From positions 34,108 through 98,107 of the forward strand of contig CAYSMF010000003.1 of NCBI GenBank assembly GCA_964432155.1: a stretch of DNA of 64,000 nt, given 5' to 3'. A model generated the notes under the pieces. It was not told the DNA's origin and made no database searches. It saw only the letters and a program-made list of their open reading frames with translations. The position numbers and the translations under genes were made by a program. Every line of letters begins with the position of its first letter. Positions within the stretch are counted from its first letter, which is position 1. Positions 35,953 to 46,100 of this stretch are shown in pieces. This stretch comes from an uncultured Melioribacter sp. (GTDB taxonomy: Bacteria; Bacteroidota; Ignavibacteria; Kapaibacteriales; Kapaibacteriaceae).

Positions 35953-37024
35953 TGTGCATACCCACATGATGCGTAACGCGTACGTCTGCACGTGGGAGCG
36001 ACACCAATACAGTCGTTCCCACGTGTTGGACGGAGTGAATCGTTAGCGTGCCACCGTGAAACTCGGTGAGCCGTTGAGCAATCGTGAGACCGAGTCCGAC
36101 GCCCTGTTGCTCCTGAAGACTCCGTCGAAACTGACGGTAGGGTCCGACCGATGCACACTCTTCATCCGACATGCCAACACCGGAATCGGTGACGCGAATT
36201 GTGAGTGTATCATCGTCCCAATCCATGGCGACGTTGATTGGAGCACCAGGTAGACTGAATGCACACGCATTGTCGACCAATTCACCGATAATGTTCGCCA
36301 GATACTGCGGCATGATGCGCACCGTAACACCGTGGCACGCCGCGTTGCATGTCATATCGCCCTCGCGGTCCCGCGCCTGAGCGCGCTCGCGAACTGCCTC
36401 GCGAAGAATCGTGCCCGCGCATGGCGTCGAGAATTGCCGCATCCGCTGGATGTGAAAGGGGCTTTCCGCAAACGCCTCGAGTTGGGCGAACAGCAGGAAG
36501 TTGTCCGTGATGCGAAGCAGCCTGCGCGCTGATCGAAGGATATCGGTTGACGACTCGCGGATCTCCTCCGAGGTCATATCGGGGGCATGTCCATGCAAAA
36601 ACGCTGATTGTCCGATGATGTCCGTCAGCGGGGTGCGATATTCGTGCGGCAGGGCATAGAGCAGTGATGTCTGTGACCCTGCGCTCATGGTTCTGCTGGC
36701 TGTTGTGGTATGCTGTGATGGTGGCGCATCATCAATCCACGACAGTGCAAGCGAATCCGAAGGACTGCTCTCGTCAAGGACAAGGAACGGCGTGTCAACA
36801 TCGAGCCCGTGCAAACAGAGACCATCACGGATTCTTCCGTGGTCGTCGGTCTGTGCATCAAGAACGACAGCGGCAACGCGCTGGTTCTTGACGATTGACT
36901 GCGCGGTGGAGAGGTCCGGGGCAAGCAGCACAGACACGTGGTGTTTGCTAAGAAACTCAGCAAGCCGAATGCGGCGATTCGGGTCGGACTCGACAACTAG
37001 CATTGCGCGTGAGGGTTGGTCCAT
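35912..37024 (-). CDS. Cytoplasmic hybrid sensor: N-terminal receiver-like domain plus HisKA/HATPase_c histidine kinase
   Basis: REC-like N-terminus (MLVVESD…AAVVLDAQ), H-box HEYRTPLTDI, N-box ELVDNACAF, and G-boxes TDSGVGMS and GVGLGL. No TM segment. Confidence 0.8.
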   Translation of the reverse strand: MDQPSRAMLVVESDPNRRIRLAEFLSKHHVSVLLAPDLSTAQSIVKNQRVAAVVLDAQTDDHGRIRDGLCLHGLDVDTPFLVLDESSPSDSLALSWIDDAPPSQHTTTASRTMSAGSQTSLLYALPHEYRTPLTDIIGQSAFLHGHAPDMTSEEIRESSTDILRSARRLLRITDNFLLFAQLEAFAESPFHIQRMRQFSTPCAGTILREAVRERAQARDREGDMTCNAACHGVTVRIMPQYLANIIGELVDNACAFSLPGAPINVAMDWDDDTLTIRVTDSGVGMSDEECASVGPYRQFRRSLQEQQGVGLGLTIAQRLTEFHGGTLTIHSVQHVGTTVLVSLPRADVRVTHHVGMHISVPPTQMVLACA

Positions 37025-37133
37025 TACAGTTGCTGGGTATGTGTTACAACAGTATTACACCTGCAAACTATCTGGACAACGAGTCAATACTGGAACGACT
37101 TTCGCTGATTTGTTACATGGCTTTTCGGCGGAC

Positions 37134-39035
37134 TTGTCACGATTCAGCCTCGCGTATCGGGCCGCAATTTGCGTGGTAATCGCGTGCTTGTTCGGTAGCG
37201 GTGGTGTGATGCAGGCACAACAGATTTCCCCGCTATTGCAGGGCAGAGAGGCTCCATTCGGTCAGGGAATTGAGTTCGGTGTCGACAAGATCACCAACAC
37301 CTTTGTCTGGGTCGGTAACGCCGATATTGGCGTCCAAACCGAGGTCGGATTTCTTCGATTTGTTAACCAGTACCGATCCTCGGCATTTCGCACCAGTACG
37401 CTTGCGACGCGTGATGATCAGGCATGGCAGGGCTCCTGGTTACATCCTCTGGGGTCGGGCATCGATGCAGTTGTGCGTCAAGGGTGGATCGTTTCGCGTG
37501 ATTCGCGGAGTATCGGACTCAACGAGCTTGAGCGATTGAACATTGCAGGGGGCTTGCGGTACACCCCACGCGAGGAGATCTCACTCGAGGTGTTGGCAGG
37601 GGTTGAGCGCTCGTCCCAGCTGGGCGTGACCGCCACGGGTCCGGTAGCCGGCCTTGTTGGTCGCATCACAGACCTCGATGTTGACCAGTGGGTGATCTCG
37701 GCTGATGGGATAGCAGACTGGCAGCGTCTGGATGCGCAGCGGCGTAACTCGGATATCGAATTCCGTTCGAGCATCGTCCGTGCGTTGTCGGAGGGCTCAA
37801 CGCTCCGGTTGAGTGTGGAATCGGTGAATCTCGGACGTGAGTTCTTTACCACGCTGACCCAGCAATCCATCCTCGATGTCGAACAGCGATCGGAGCGTCG
37901 GCTCGGAGCCTCCGCAGATATCACCTATGCAGTCACCGATGTCTTGTCGGTCAATCTGCGTTCGTCGATCACCTCGGGCGCGGTCGACAGATCGTATGCA
38001 TCGCCTGTGGCAGCGCTGCCGCTCAGCTTTGTGGAACGTCAGCTGCGCGAGCTGGTGGTTGATGTTGAGGGCTACATGACGGTTGCCACGAGTGTGTTTT
38101 CGATCACGGGTGGCGGATCGATCTATCAGCGAAGCGAGCTCAACGGCGTGCAGAACATTCATGGTGCCAACGATGCAGATGTGCAGTCGGTGCGCCTGCA
38201 AGAGTTGCAGCGGGATAACCAGACGCTGCGGACGCGGCTGTATGGCACGGCATCCTGGCTGCTGTCGCCGCGCGATACCGTTCGTGCAGATGTCACAGGG
38301 TGGCTCGTTCGCTACGATACACCAAGCGCCACCAATGACGACGACCGTGATGAGTTGGCAACGGTCGCAACGCTGTCGTATGGCACACGTCTGAGTCCAG
38401 CACTGCGCATGAACGTTAGCATCTCCGGACAGTATCTGCATCTCGTCTTTCTGAAAGCATCGCGGAGCGCACTTAACAACGTGAACCGTGTGCTGCGCCT
38501 CTCGCCATCATTTGTCTACGAAACGCCCCGTGTGCGACTGCAGCCGCAGTTCGAGATTCTGGCGAACTACACCGTCTACGACTACGAAGGGAGCGCATCA
38601 TCGGTGCGTTCGTTCTCGTTCCGACAGTTGTCGTACCGCGACTCGATTCGTGTCCACCTCTCACCGTCGGTGTTTGTGGAAGCCCCCTTGCTCTTCCGCT
38701 ACTTCGAACGTGCAACGCTGATCTGGTCTGACTTTGCAGAGCGTCCGGAAACGGGGAATCTTGAGTACCTGGCGAAAGTCCTTATTTTTTCGGCCCCGTC
38801 GAATGCATGGAGTGTTGGTGCAGGTGTGCGTATCTACACACTTGAGCAACAATCCTTGCTGCAGGGTGGGCTGAGCGGCTCGACGCGATCTGTTGGTCCC
38901 GAAATGGCCTTTCGATACACGGCCAGTGGAGGATCAACACTGACACTGTCGGGTTGGTACGAGTTTCAAACGATTAATGTCACTCAACGACGTGAGCTTC
39001 CGAATCTTCTGCTCCGAACGGTTGTTCGTCTGTAA
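37134..39035 (+). CDS. Large putative outer-membrane beta-barrel protein
   Basis: There is no in-frame ATG after the divergent gene. TTG 37134 gives a signal peptide (M)SRFSLAYRAAICVVIACLFGSGGVMQAQQ. About 630 aa of alternating amphipathic strands follow. TTG 37110 is an alternative start. Confidence 0.5.
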   Translation: MSRFSLAYRAAICVVIACLFGSGGVMQAQQISPLLQGREAPFGQGIEFGVDKITNTFVWVGNADIGVQTEVGFLRFVNQYRSSAFRTSTLATRDDQAWQGSWLHPLGSGIDAVVRQGWIVSRDSRSIGLNELERLNIAGGLRYTPREEISLEVLAGVERSSQLGVTATGPVAGLVGRITDLDVDQWVISADGIADWQRLDAQRRNSDIEFRSSIVRALSEGSTLRLSVESVNLGREFFTTLTQQSILDVEQRSERRLGASADITYAVTDVLSVNLRSSITSGAVDRSYASPVAALPLSFVERQLRELVVDVEGYMTVATSVFSITGGGSIYQRSELNGVQNIHGANDADVQSVRLQELQRDNQTLRTRLYGTASWLLSPRDTVRADVTGWLVRYDTPSATNDDDRDELATVATLSYGTRLSPALRMNVSISGQYLHLVFLKASRSALNNVNRVLRLSPSFVYETPRVRLQPQFEILANYTVYDYEGSASSVRSFSFRQLSYRDSIRVHLSPSVFVEAPLLFRYFERATLIWSDFAERPETGNLEYLAKVLIFSAPSNAWSVGAGVRIYTLEQQSLLQGGLSGSTRSVGPEMAFRYTASGGSTLTLSGWYEFQTINVTQRRELPNLLLRTVVRL

Positions 39036-39038
39036 CGC

Positions 39039-39458
39039 ATGAACAACATTCGTACATACGCTCTACGATTGCCGAGCGAACGGCAGAGTATCACCGCGAT
39101 TGGCCCCTTCCTTGAGTCGATTCAAGAGCTTGTGCGCCTCGGGCCTGTGCGACTGCATGATTTGCATGTGGCGATCACAGAGGCTGTGAACAATGCCATC
39201 ATTCATGCGCACGGCTGTCAGCCGGAATACATGGTTGATGTAAGTGTGCAAACAAGTGATCGGGATGTGGTTGTGGTAGTGCGTGATTATGGACAAGGCT
39301 TCGATCCCGATCGAGTGCCTGATCCGCGCCTACCAGAGAATTTATTGCGCGAGGGCGGTCGGGGAGTGTTCCTGATTCGTCATCTTGCTGATGCTGTGGA
39401 ATTTCGTCCGGGTGATCCCGGAATGCATGTCATGATCACGTATACGCTTCCTTTATGA
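39039..39458 (+). CDS. RsbW/SpoIIAB-like anti-sigma-factor-type serine kinase (HATPase_c_2)
   Basis: N-box EAVNNAIIHA, G1 VRDYGQGFD and G2 GGRGVFLIRHLAD. 139 aa. It starts 3 nt after the upstream stop and shares an ATGA with the next gene. Confidence 0.72.
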   Translation: MNNIRTYALRLPSERQSITAIGPFLESIQELVRLGPVRLHDLHVAITEAVNNAIIHAHGCQPEYMVDVSVQTSDRDVVVVVRDYGQGFDPDRVPDPRLPENLLREGGRGVFLIRHLADAVEFRPGDPGMHVMITYTLPL

Positions 39459-41002
39459 TCGCTCTTCTCTGTGCCCTTGCGCTGTTCTCCAGCGGTGAAC
39501 CACGTCCTTTTCCTGCAGATGTCGATGCACGGTTCACGCCGGCGCGCGCGTTGCACCACATTGGTGTGTTAGCAGCCGACTCTATGAAGGGGCGCGACAC
39601 GCCATCGCGCGAGCTCGAGATTTCGGCTGAGTACATCGCTGAGCGATTCCGACAGTTTGGTCTTGAGCCGATCGGCGGTTCGTACTTCCACCACTACAAT
39701 CTCGAGCGACTCGACCTGCAGCTTCCATGCACCGTCACGCTCACGCGAAGTGGTCGCACCCTGGATGCTGCGATCAAGACGGACTTCATGCCGTTTGAAG
39801 AGACGGGTGATGGTGCAATCACGAATGCTCCCGTTGTATTCGCCGGATTCGGTATCACAGCACCAGAGTATTCCTACGACGACTATGCATCGATCAATGC
39901 GCAGGGCGCTGTTGTGCTTATCCTGCGTGGCGAACCAGAGAATGCTGATACATCGAAGTTTCGTGGCAAGCAGTTTACGTGGTACAGCTCGTTGCGCTCG
40001 AAGATTGAGAACGCTCGCAAGCATGGTGCGATCGGCATCATGGTGATCGACGCGCTGCGTACACCACGCAAGCCATTTGTCACGGGTTTCCCGTGGGCCT
40101 CGGTCACAAAGAACGCTAAGCGCGATACACGTCCATTGCAACTTCCTGACACAACACGGTCGTTGCCGTGTCTTCATGTCGGTGAGCGCGTCGCAACGTT
40201 CCTGTTCGATTCTGTCGGCGCTATCAATGCGATGACGCAGCAACTCGACTCCACGATGCAGCCAATGTCGCGCGCGCTGACGGATGTGCGCATGTCATGC
40301 GTTGTGCGTATTGCACGCGAGAAGGTGCCCGTGCGCAACGTTCACGCGCGTCTCCCTGGTGCGCGCGTCCCACACGAGTATGCCGTGATGGGCGCTCACT
40401 ACGACCACATCGGCGTCGGCAAGCTCAGCGAGAATGCCGATACAGTGTACAACGGTGCAGACGATAATGCTTCTGGCACAACCGGCTTGCTGCTTGCTGC
40501 CGAGGCACTCGCAACTTCGTCGCAACGACCAGACAGAAGCGTAGTGTTTGTCGCATTCTCGGGCGAGGAGAAGGGGCTGTATGGTTCCCGCGCGTATGTC
40601 GACGCATCGCCATTGCCGCTTGATTCCTGCGTTGCAATGGTCAACATGGATATGATCGGACGATGCGAGAACAACAAGCTCTCCATCGGCGGCAATGAGC
40701 GGTGTCCAGACATGGTTGCTATCAACGAGCAAGAGAACGCCGCGTTGGCACGTCCGATGACGTTGGCATACGATATCGAGCGCTACTTCTTCCGCAGCGA
40801 TCAGGCCTCATTTGCGCGTCGTCGCATTCCTGTGATCTTTTTCTTCACAGGCGAACATGCCGACTACCATAAGCTGACGGATCACATCGAGAAGATCAAC
40901 CTTGATGATCTCAGCAACATTGCTCGTTTGGCTACGCGCGTTACGTGGCGTGTTACACAGCAGCCACGCACGCGATATGTGCCGGGTGGATTCGAGCGTT
41001 AA
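39455..41002 (+). CDS. M28-family metallopeptidase with PA domain
   Basis: HYDHIG, NGADDNASGTTGLL, FSGEEKGLYGS, VNMDMIG and a C-terminal …DYHKLTDH provide the zinc ligand set. N-terminal signal-like MIALLCALALFSS. Confidence 0.85.
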   Translation: MIALLCALALFSSGEPRPFPADVDARFTPARALHHIGVLAADSMKGRDTPSRELEISAEYIAERFRQFGLEPIGGSYFHHYNLERLDLQLPCTVTLTRSGRTLDAAIKTDFMPFEETGDGAITNAPVVFAGFGITAPEYSYDDYASINAQGAVVLILRGEPENADTSKFRGKQFTWYSSLRSKIENARKHGAIGIMVIDALRTPRKPFVTGFPWASVTKNAKRDTRPLQLPDTTRSLPCLHVGERVATFLFDSVGAINAMTQQLDSTMQPMSRALTDVRMSCVVRIAREKVPVRNVHARLPGARVPHEYAVMGAHYDHIGVGKLSENADTVYNGADDNASGTTGLLLAAEALATSSQRPDRSVVFVAFSGEEKGLYGSRAYVDASPLPLDSCVAMVNMDMIGRCENNKLSIGGNERCPDMVAINEQENAALARPMTLAYDIERYFFRSDQASFARRRIPVIFFFTGEHADYHKLTDHIEKINLDDLSNIARLATRVTWRVTQQPRTRYVPGGFER

Positions 41003-41586
41003 CGTGGCATCAATTGCTCGATGTACTTCGCGAGCATGTCGAACTCAAGGTTCACGGGATCTCCCACAGCAAGATTGCCCAGCGTTGTTACTGCGAGCGT
41101 GTGAGGGATGATTGCCACCTTCAACGACGTATCAGTCAGGTCGGCAACGGTGAGAGATACTCCGTTGATGCACACCGAGCCAACAGGTATCAGCCACTTC
41201 CGGTATGTGGCAGGGAAGCCCACCCACATTTCCCAACGACCATCGTCGGTGATGATACGTTCAACAACGCCTGTTGCATCGACGTGACCCTGCACAAGGT
41301 GTCCACCGAGTCGATCAGCCATGCGTACGGCGCGCTCGAGGTTCACAGGTGATCCTTCGGAGAGCGTGCCGATTGTGGTCTTTGTAAGTGTTTCTGTGAT
41401 GACGTCAACGCAGAACGTTGACGTGTCGCGCTCGACAACGGTCAAGCACACACCTTGCACGGCAACGCTATGGTCGATCGCAAGATCATCCATGATGCGC
41501 TCAGCGCGGATGCGCAAACGAAGTTTGCCGTTGTGGAGCTCACTGGCAACCAATGTGCCTGTTTCTTCAACGAGTCCTGTGAACAT
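40999..41586 (-). CDS. ribE: Riboflavin synthase (alpha chain)
   Basis: MFTGLVEETG… and two lumazine-binding repeats (…VNGVSLTV…, …VQGVCLTV…). Confidence 0.93.
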   Translation of the reverse strand: MFTGLVEETGTLVASELHNGKLRLRIRAERIMDDLAIDHSVAVQGVCLTVVERDTSTFCVDVITETLTKTTIGTLSEGSPVNLERAVRMADRLGGHLVQGHVDATGVVERIITDDGRWEMWVGFPATYRKWLIPVGSVCINGVSLTVADLTDTSLKVAIIPHTLAVTTLGNLAVGDPVNLEFDMLAKYIEQLMPR

Positions 41587-41588
41587 GT

Positions 41589-42413
41589 TCAGTTTCCGCG
41601 AATGAACGCACGAATGCGACTAATGTAAAAGTCATACCCAAACGTCTGCGGCACCCCTTCGTGTTCCGCACCCTCAACCTTTATGAGTGTCTTGGGCTGT
41701 CGTGCAACATCGTATATGCTCCGCGCATGAACATCGAAAGGAATAAACGTGTCGGCACTACCGTGGAACATCAGCAACGGACATGTTCGCTGTTGCGCCA
41801 AGCGTGCGTTATTGTACTCACCCTTGAGGAGGTACGATCCTGGAATGTTGAGCAACGTACCGGTTTGCACGAGCGCTTCGCCCGAAGCAAAGATCGATTC
41901 GGTGATCACACCACGCGCAGTATGGAGATTGGTTGCAGAGTAGAGTGCGGGGAAGCCACCCAGTGAGAAACCGTAGTGAAAAATCTGCGTGGTGTCGACA
42001 TCACGGCGTGATCGCACATAGTTCAGCACCGCAGATGCATCTTCGATCATCGATGCCTCGGAGCTAGTTCCGGTGCTCATGCCGAAGCCGCGGTAATCAT
42101 AGACCAACACATCGGCGCCGGTCTTGTACAGCAACTCGACACGATCCCAGTAATACTCGAGATGTCCGTAGTTGCCGTGATGGTACACGATCACGGGATG
42201 GGGCTCAACACGTAGCGAGTCAGGCTGTCGGACAAAGTATCCGTAGAGTGTTGCATCGCCAGAGGTAAGGGTGAATGCCTCGCGTTGTGCCGATGGAATC
42301 ACTGAATCGGCAAGCGTGTAGGAATCGAGTGGACGTGAGTTAAAAAGAAAGCCGTCCATGGTGCACGACGTAAGGAATGCCGCGACCGAGAGGGTAAGGA
42401 GGAGGTTTCTCAT
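41589..42413 (-). CDS. Alpha/beta hydrolase lipoprotein
   Basis: Lipoprotein signal MRNLLLTLSVAAFLTSC, nucleophile elbow GFSLGG and a later …FHGSADTFIP. Start re-set to ATG 42413 (ATGA overlap with the upstream stop). Confidence 0.75.
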   Translation of the reverse strand: MRNLLLTLSVAAFLTSCTMDGFLFNSRPLDSYTLADSVIPSAQREAFTLTSGDATLYGYFVRQPDSLRVEPHPVIVYHHGNYGHLEYYWDRVELLYKTGADVLVYDYRGFGMSTGTSSEASMIEDASAVLNYVRSRRDVDTTQIFHYGFSLGGFPALYSATNLHTARGVITESIFASGEALVQTGTLLNIPGSYLLKGEYNNARLAQQRTCPLLMFHGSADTFIPFDVHARSIYDVARQPKTLIKVEGAEHEGVPQTFGYDFYISRIRAFIRGN

Positions 42414-43090
42414 AGCTGGACTGCTCCTGCGAGAAAGATGCCAAACGATCCATATCCCTGGATACTTGAGATGCCCTCGAGAATTCCGCTTCGGGTCACA
42501 TGATTCGACGCTTGCCAGATGCACTCGAGTTGCAGCGACAGGTTGCGCGTGGCGGCAAAGCTGTATCCGATGAACGGACTCACGAACACGTCGCCCGGCG
42601 TCCACTGGGCTGTAACATGGCTGCCCGCGTATATCAGATCGTTCTCGCGAACCGACCACGATGCATTGGCAGAAACGGAAGGGTAGATGCGAGGCTTCGG
42701 TTGATCCGAGAGCTGGATGAATCCATAGGCACGCACGCTACCAGTCACTTCCGGCGTCCATCCGTCGCCGCGAAGAAGTCGTGCGCTCGCGCCTACATCA
42801 GCACCCGTTACCGCAAACGCAGCCATGAGGAGATGGAGATTGCCATGAAGAGTTACGTCGTCCGACACGCCATGCATATAGCCAGCGGTCAAATACGGCG
42901 TAATCACGGTTGGTGCTTTGCCCGGCACAAGTGGTCCGCCCAGTGATGCCGTCACAGCTGATGCGTTCGCAGGAAGAACGCGCACCGGTTGGGTAGCGCC
43001 GCATCCGATGAGGATCCACGACAGGGCAATCGCAGAAAACGCAAACCAACATTTGGTTGAAAGCCGACATGCAATCATATTGAGTCCCAT
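42410..43090 (-). CDS. Hypothetical lipoprotein, possibly small beta-barrel
   Basis: Lipobox SWILIGCG and alternating strand pattern. ATG 43090 is the first ATG after a TATCTTTG box (43106-43113). ATG 43078 is an alternative. Confidence 0.5.
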   Translation of the reverse strand: MGLNMIACRLSTKCWFAFSAIALSWILIGCGATQPVRVLPANASAVTASLGGPLVPGKAPTVITPYLTAGYMHGVSDDVTLHGNLHLLMAAFAVTGADVGASARLLRGDGWTPEVTGSVRAYGFIQLSDQPKPRIYPSVSANASWSVRENDLIYAGSHVTAQWTPGDVFVSPFIGYSFAATRNLSLQLECIWQASNHVTRSGILEGISSIQGYGSFGIFLAGAVQL

Positions 43091-43105
43091 CGTCGTGATG
43101 ATGCA

Positions 43106-43113
43106 CAAAGATA
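43106..43113 (-). promoter_or_regulatory. Candidate -7 box TATCTTTG for the lipoprotein/hydrolase/ribE operon
   Basis: The minus strand reads TATCTTTG, 15 nt upstream of ATG 43090. Confidence 0.45.
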
Positions 43114-43138
43114 CGTTCGCCTGTTTGCCCCTTTACCT

Positions 43139-46100
43139 ATGACATCCTGGATTTCTTCGACACCTGAGACGGTTTTCCAAGATGTGTGCAGCGCAACATC
43201 GCTCTCGCAGCGCGTGGCAATGCTGCCCGAGGGACCAGTGATTGTTGTTGTGCCCACTGCGCGTCAGCGTGATGACATCCTGATGCAATGGGCGCGACAT
43301 AATGGTCGTGGCGAGCCGCCGATGATTATTACGATGGCGGGGTTGTATCGTGCACTCGCACCTGCTGTGCTGACGAATGTCCCGCGAATTCTCTCGGATA
43401 GCTCCGTCGATGTGCTTCTTGAGCAAGCGATGGAGACATGCGACCTGCCTGTCGGCTCGATTCGTCTGCGTGCATCACGTATCGTTCGATGGGCGCAGGA
43501 ACTTCGTTCACCAGCATGGCTGCGTGATGCTGCTGCACGTCACCCATCGCATCGAGCTGCACGGCAGTTAGCAACTGCCGCCAAGATTTGGAGTGCATAC
43601 GAAGAGTTGCTCGGATCTCGAGCAGCAGACCGTGGAACGTTTAGTCGACGTATTGTCGATGCGTTGCAGCACCAGCCGCTGCAACATCTCACGATGGCAA
43701 CCGGCGACACGCACTCACGGATCCTTGTGCTCGATACGCATGGAGTTACTGGCGTTGATGCGCAGCTGCTCTGCGCACTTACATCGAGTGGATGGGATAT
43801 CGCGATTCAATTTGCACCTGAACTACCGGTATCTGATCTCGCACATGTGTCGCGTACGACCCGAGATCTTCAGTGGTTTGTATCGCAAGGATGGCATCTC
43901 GGAGCGCAGATTGCATCGTCACTCCCAGAGGGTGAGCGATGCATGGTTCCGTGCGCCAGTCGTGGCGATGAAGTACGTCGTGCTGTTGCCGTTTGCAAAG
44001 AAGCTGCGTCGAGCGGAGTGCCACTTTCGGCTATTGCGCTGTGCGTACCTGGTGATCAGCAATACGCAGAGCGCTTGCGACAAGCCTGCGCAGAGGCGGG
44101 CGTACCGTTGCAGTCGATACACGAAGTATCGCTTGCGCAGACGCATGCAGCATCACTTTTGCATGCATGCTGTCGCGTTGTAACCGGTGGTTGGCTGCGT
44201 ACAGATGTCGAGCGCGTGCTTCGCGAGCCAATGCTGCGCGACATCATGCAGTACGGACCGTCGCTGCTGTTGATCGCACGCGAAGAACGCATCGTTGGTG
44301 GCAATGGCATGCAAGAGTGGATCGACCGTATCGAGCAGCGACAAGCCGACATGCAGGCAATCGCTGAGCGCGGTGATGACGACAGTGACCACGCTCAACG
44401 AAACGCACAGCGCTATGGATATGCGCTGCGTACGCTGCGTGATCTGCGCACAATGCTCGATGTGCATGTTCAAGGGGCGATGGATGCCGAGCGCTTTGCG
44501 TCACTCGTGCTGACGAAGATCGCCGCTAGCATCAACCTTGAACAGCGTTCTGCTGAGCATGAACCGCAGTCGTTTAACGCACTGCGCGATACCTGCTCTG
44601 CGTACATCGCCTTGCACCGTGATCATGAGTTGCCGAACTGCTCGTTCGCCACACATCTTTATCGCTGGTGGACGATCGTCCGCTCAACCATGGTGGCGCG
44701 CACTGGACGCTCCCTTGCGGGCGTGCGCATTGTTCGGCCTGCTGAGCTGCGGAGTGGGGCGTATCAGGTTGTTGTTGTGGTGGGATGCATTGAAGGTGAG
44801 TTCCCGCGAACATCTGTGCAGCAGCTGGATGAAGATGTTGTGCCGGATGTCCAGAAGCATCTTGCGTGGGAATCGATGGCAGACATTGCATTCGCAGCGC
44901 AGGCTGGTGGTTCGACCCTCTTCATGTATCCAACGATGCTCGAAGGTTCGCCCGTGCTCGCGTCGACAACGATTGATGCATTAGAAGGATGCATGTCGCC
45001 TCGTTCCCGATGGGTGAGTGCTGATACATCGGTGAGTTGTATTGTGCATCCACGTGATCTGCGCGTCGACCCAGCGGATGTACCTGAGAGTGATCGATCA
45101 CAGTTGGGTGATGTGCAGGCGGGGCTGAAGGGTGAAGCAGCGCGTATTCTCGCCGAAGAGCTTGCGCGACCCATTAGTCCATCGCGACTGGATGTTGCGA
45201 CGCAGTGTCCGTATCGGTTCTTCGCGCAGATCATTCTACGTCTTGATGATCTCGATATCGATGATGCTCGGCTGTCGCCATTGGAGCGCGGTACGTTGCT
45301 CCACGATGTAGTACATCGTTGGTACCGGCGTCTGCGCAATGATGCGCCTGTCGAGATCACGCCAGCCGGACTGCGTGCGGCGTGTGTCAACTTGCTGGCA
45401 ACCTCGTTTGATGAGCAGTGGTTGTTGCTCACACGTGTAGTTGACGAGGTGCTCGCAGAGCAGTCGCACATTCATGCATTTGCTCCCGTTGAGCGTCGTG
45501 CACTCGTTGGCGACGAATACACACCTGGTTTGCTCAAACGCTGGCTTGCACTTGAGCGTGAAGATCAGCGAGCGTCGGGGTTTATGCCTGTGTTGTTCGA
45601 GCACGAGATTGAGATTACGCTCGAGATACCAACGGAGCATGGCATTGCTGCCGTGCCTGTGAAAACGCGTATTGACCGTATTGATCTCCGAGAAGATCGC
45701 GGAGTGTTTTCCGTATCGGTTGTTGACTACAAAAGCTCTCTCTCTGATGCGTTTTCAGCAACCAACGTCAAAAAAGGCTTGGCATCCCAGATGCCGCTGT
45801 ATCTGGCGGCAGTCAAAGCATGGTTCGCCCAGCACGGGATAGAAGTTCAGCCCGAAGCCGCCGTGTATCGTGCGTTTGGCACAGCACTGCCGTCGCCGGC
45901 GAACCTCGATCGTCGAGTTGTCCTTGCCGATGTTGGGTCGCCTATGGTCACGTTAACGTCCTCGCGTGCGAAGAAGGTGACGGATCCGCTCAACGACACG
46001 CTCGAGAGTATTCTGACGCTGCTGCATCCAGGTATTGCACAGATACAATCCGGAGCATATCCAGTTCGTCCACGCAACAACGCCTGTAACACGTGTCGCG

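Noticed and set aside
37041-37116. Three TTACA-containing words (GTGTTACAAC, TATTACACC, TTGTTACATGG) in the kinase/OMP divergent region, considered as response-regulator direct repeats.
   Set aside because: The repeats are short, irregularly spaced and degenerate, and cannot be distinguished from chance in 112 bp.
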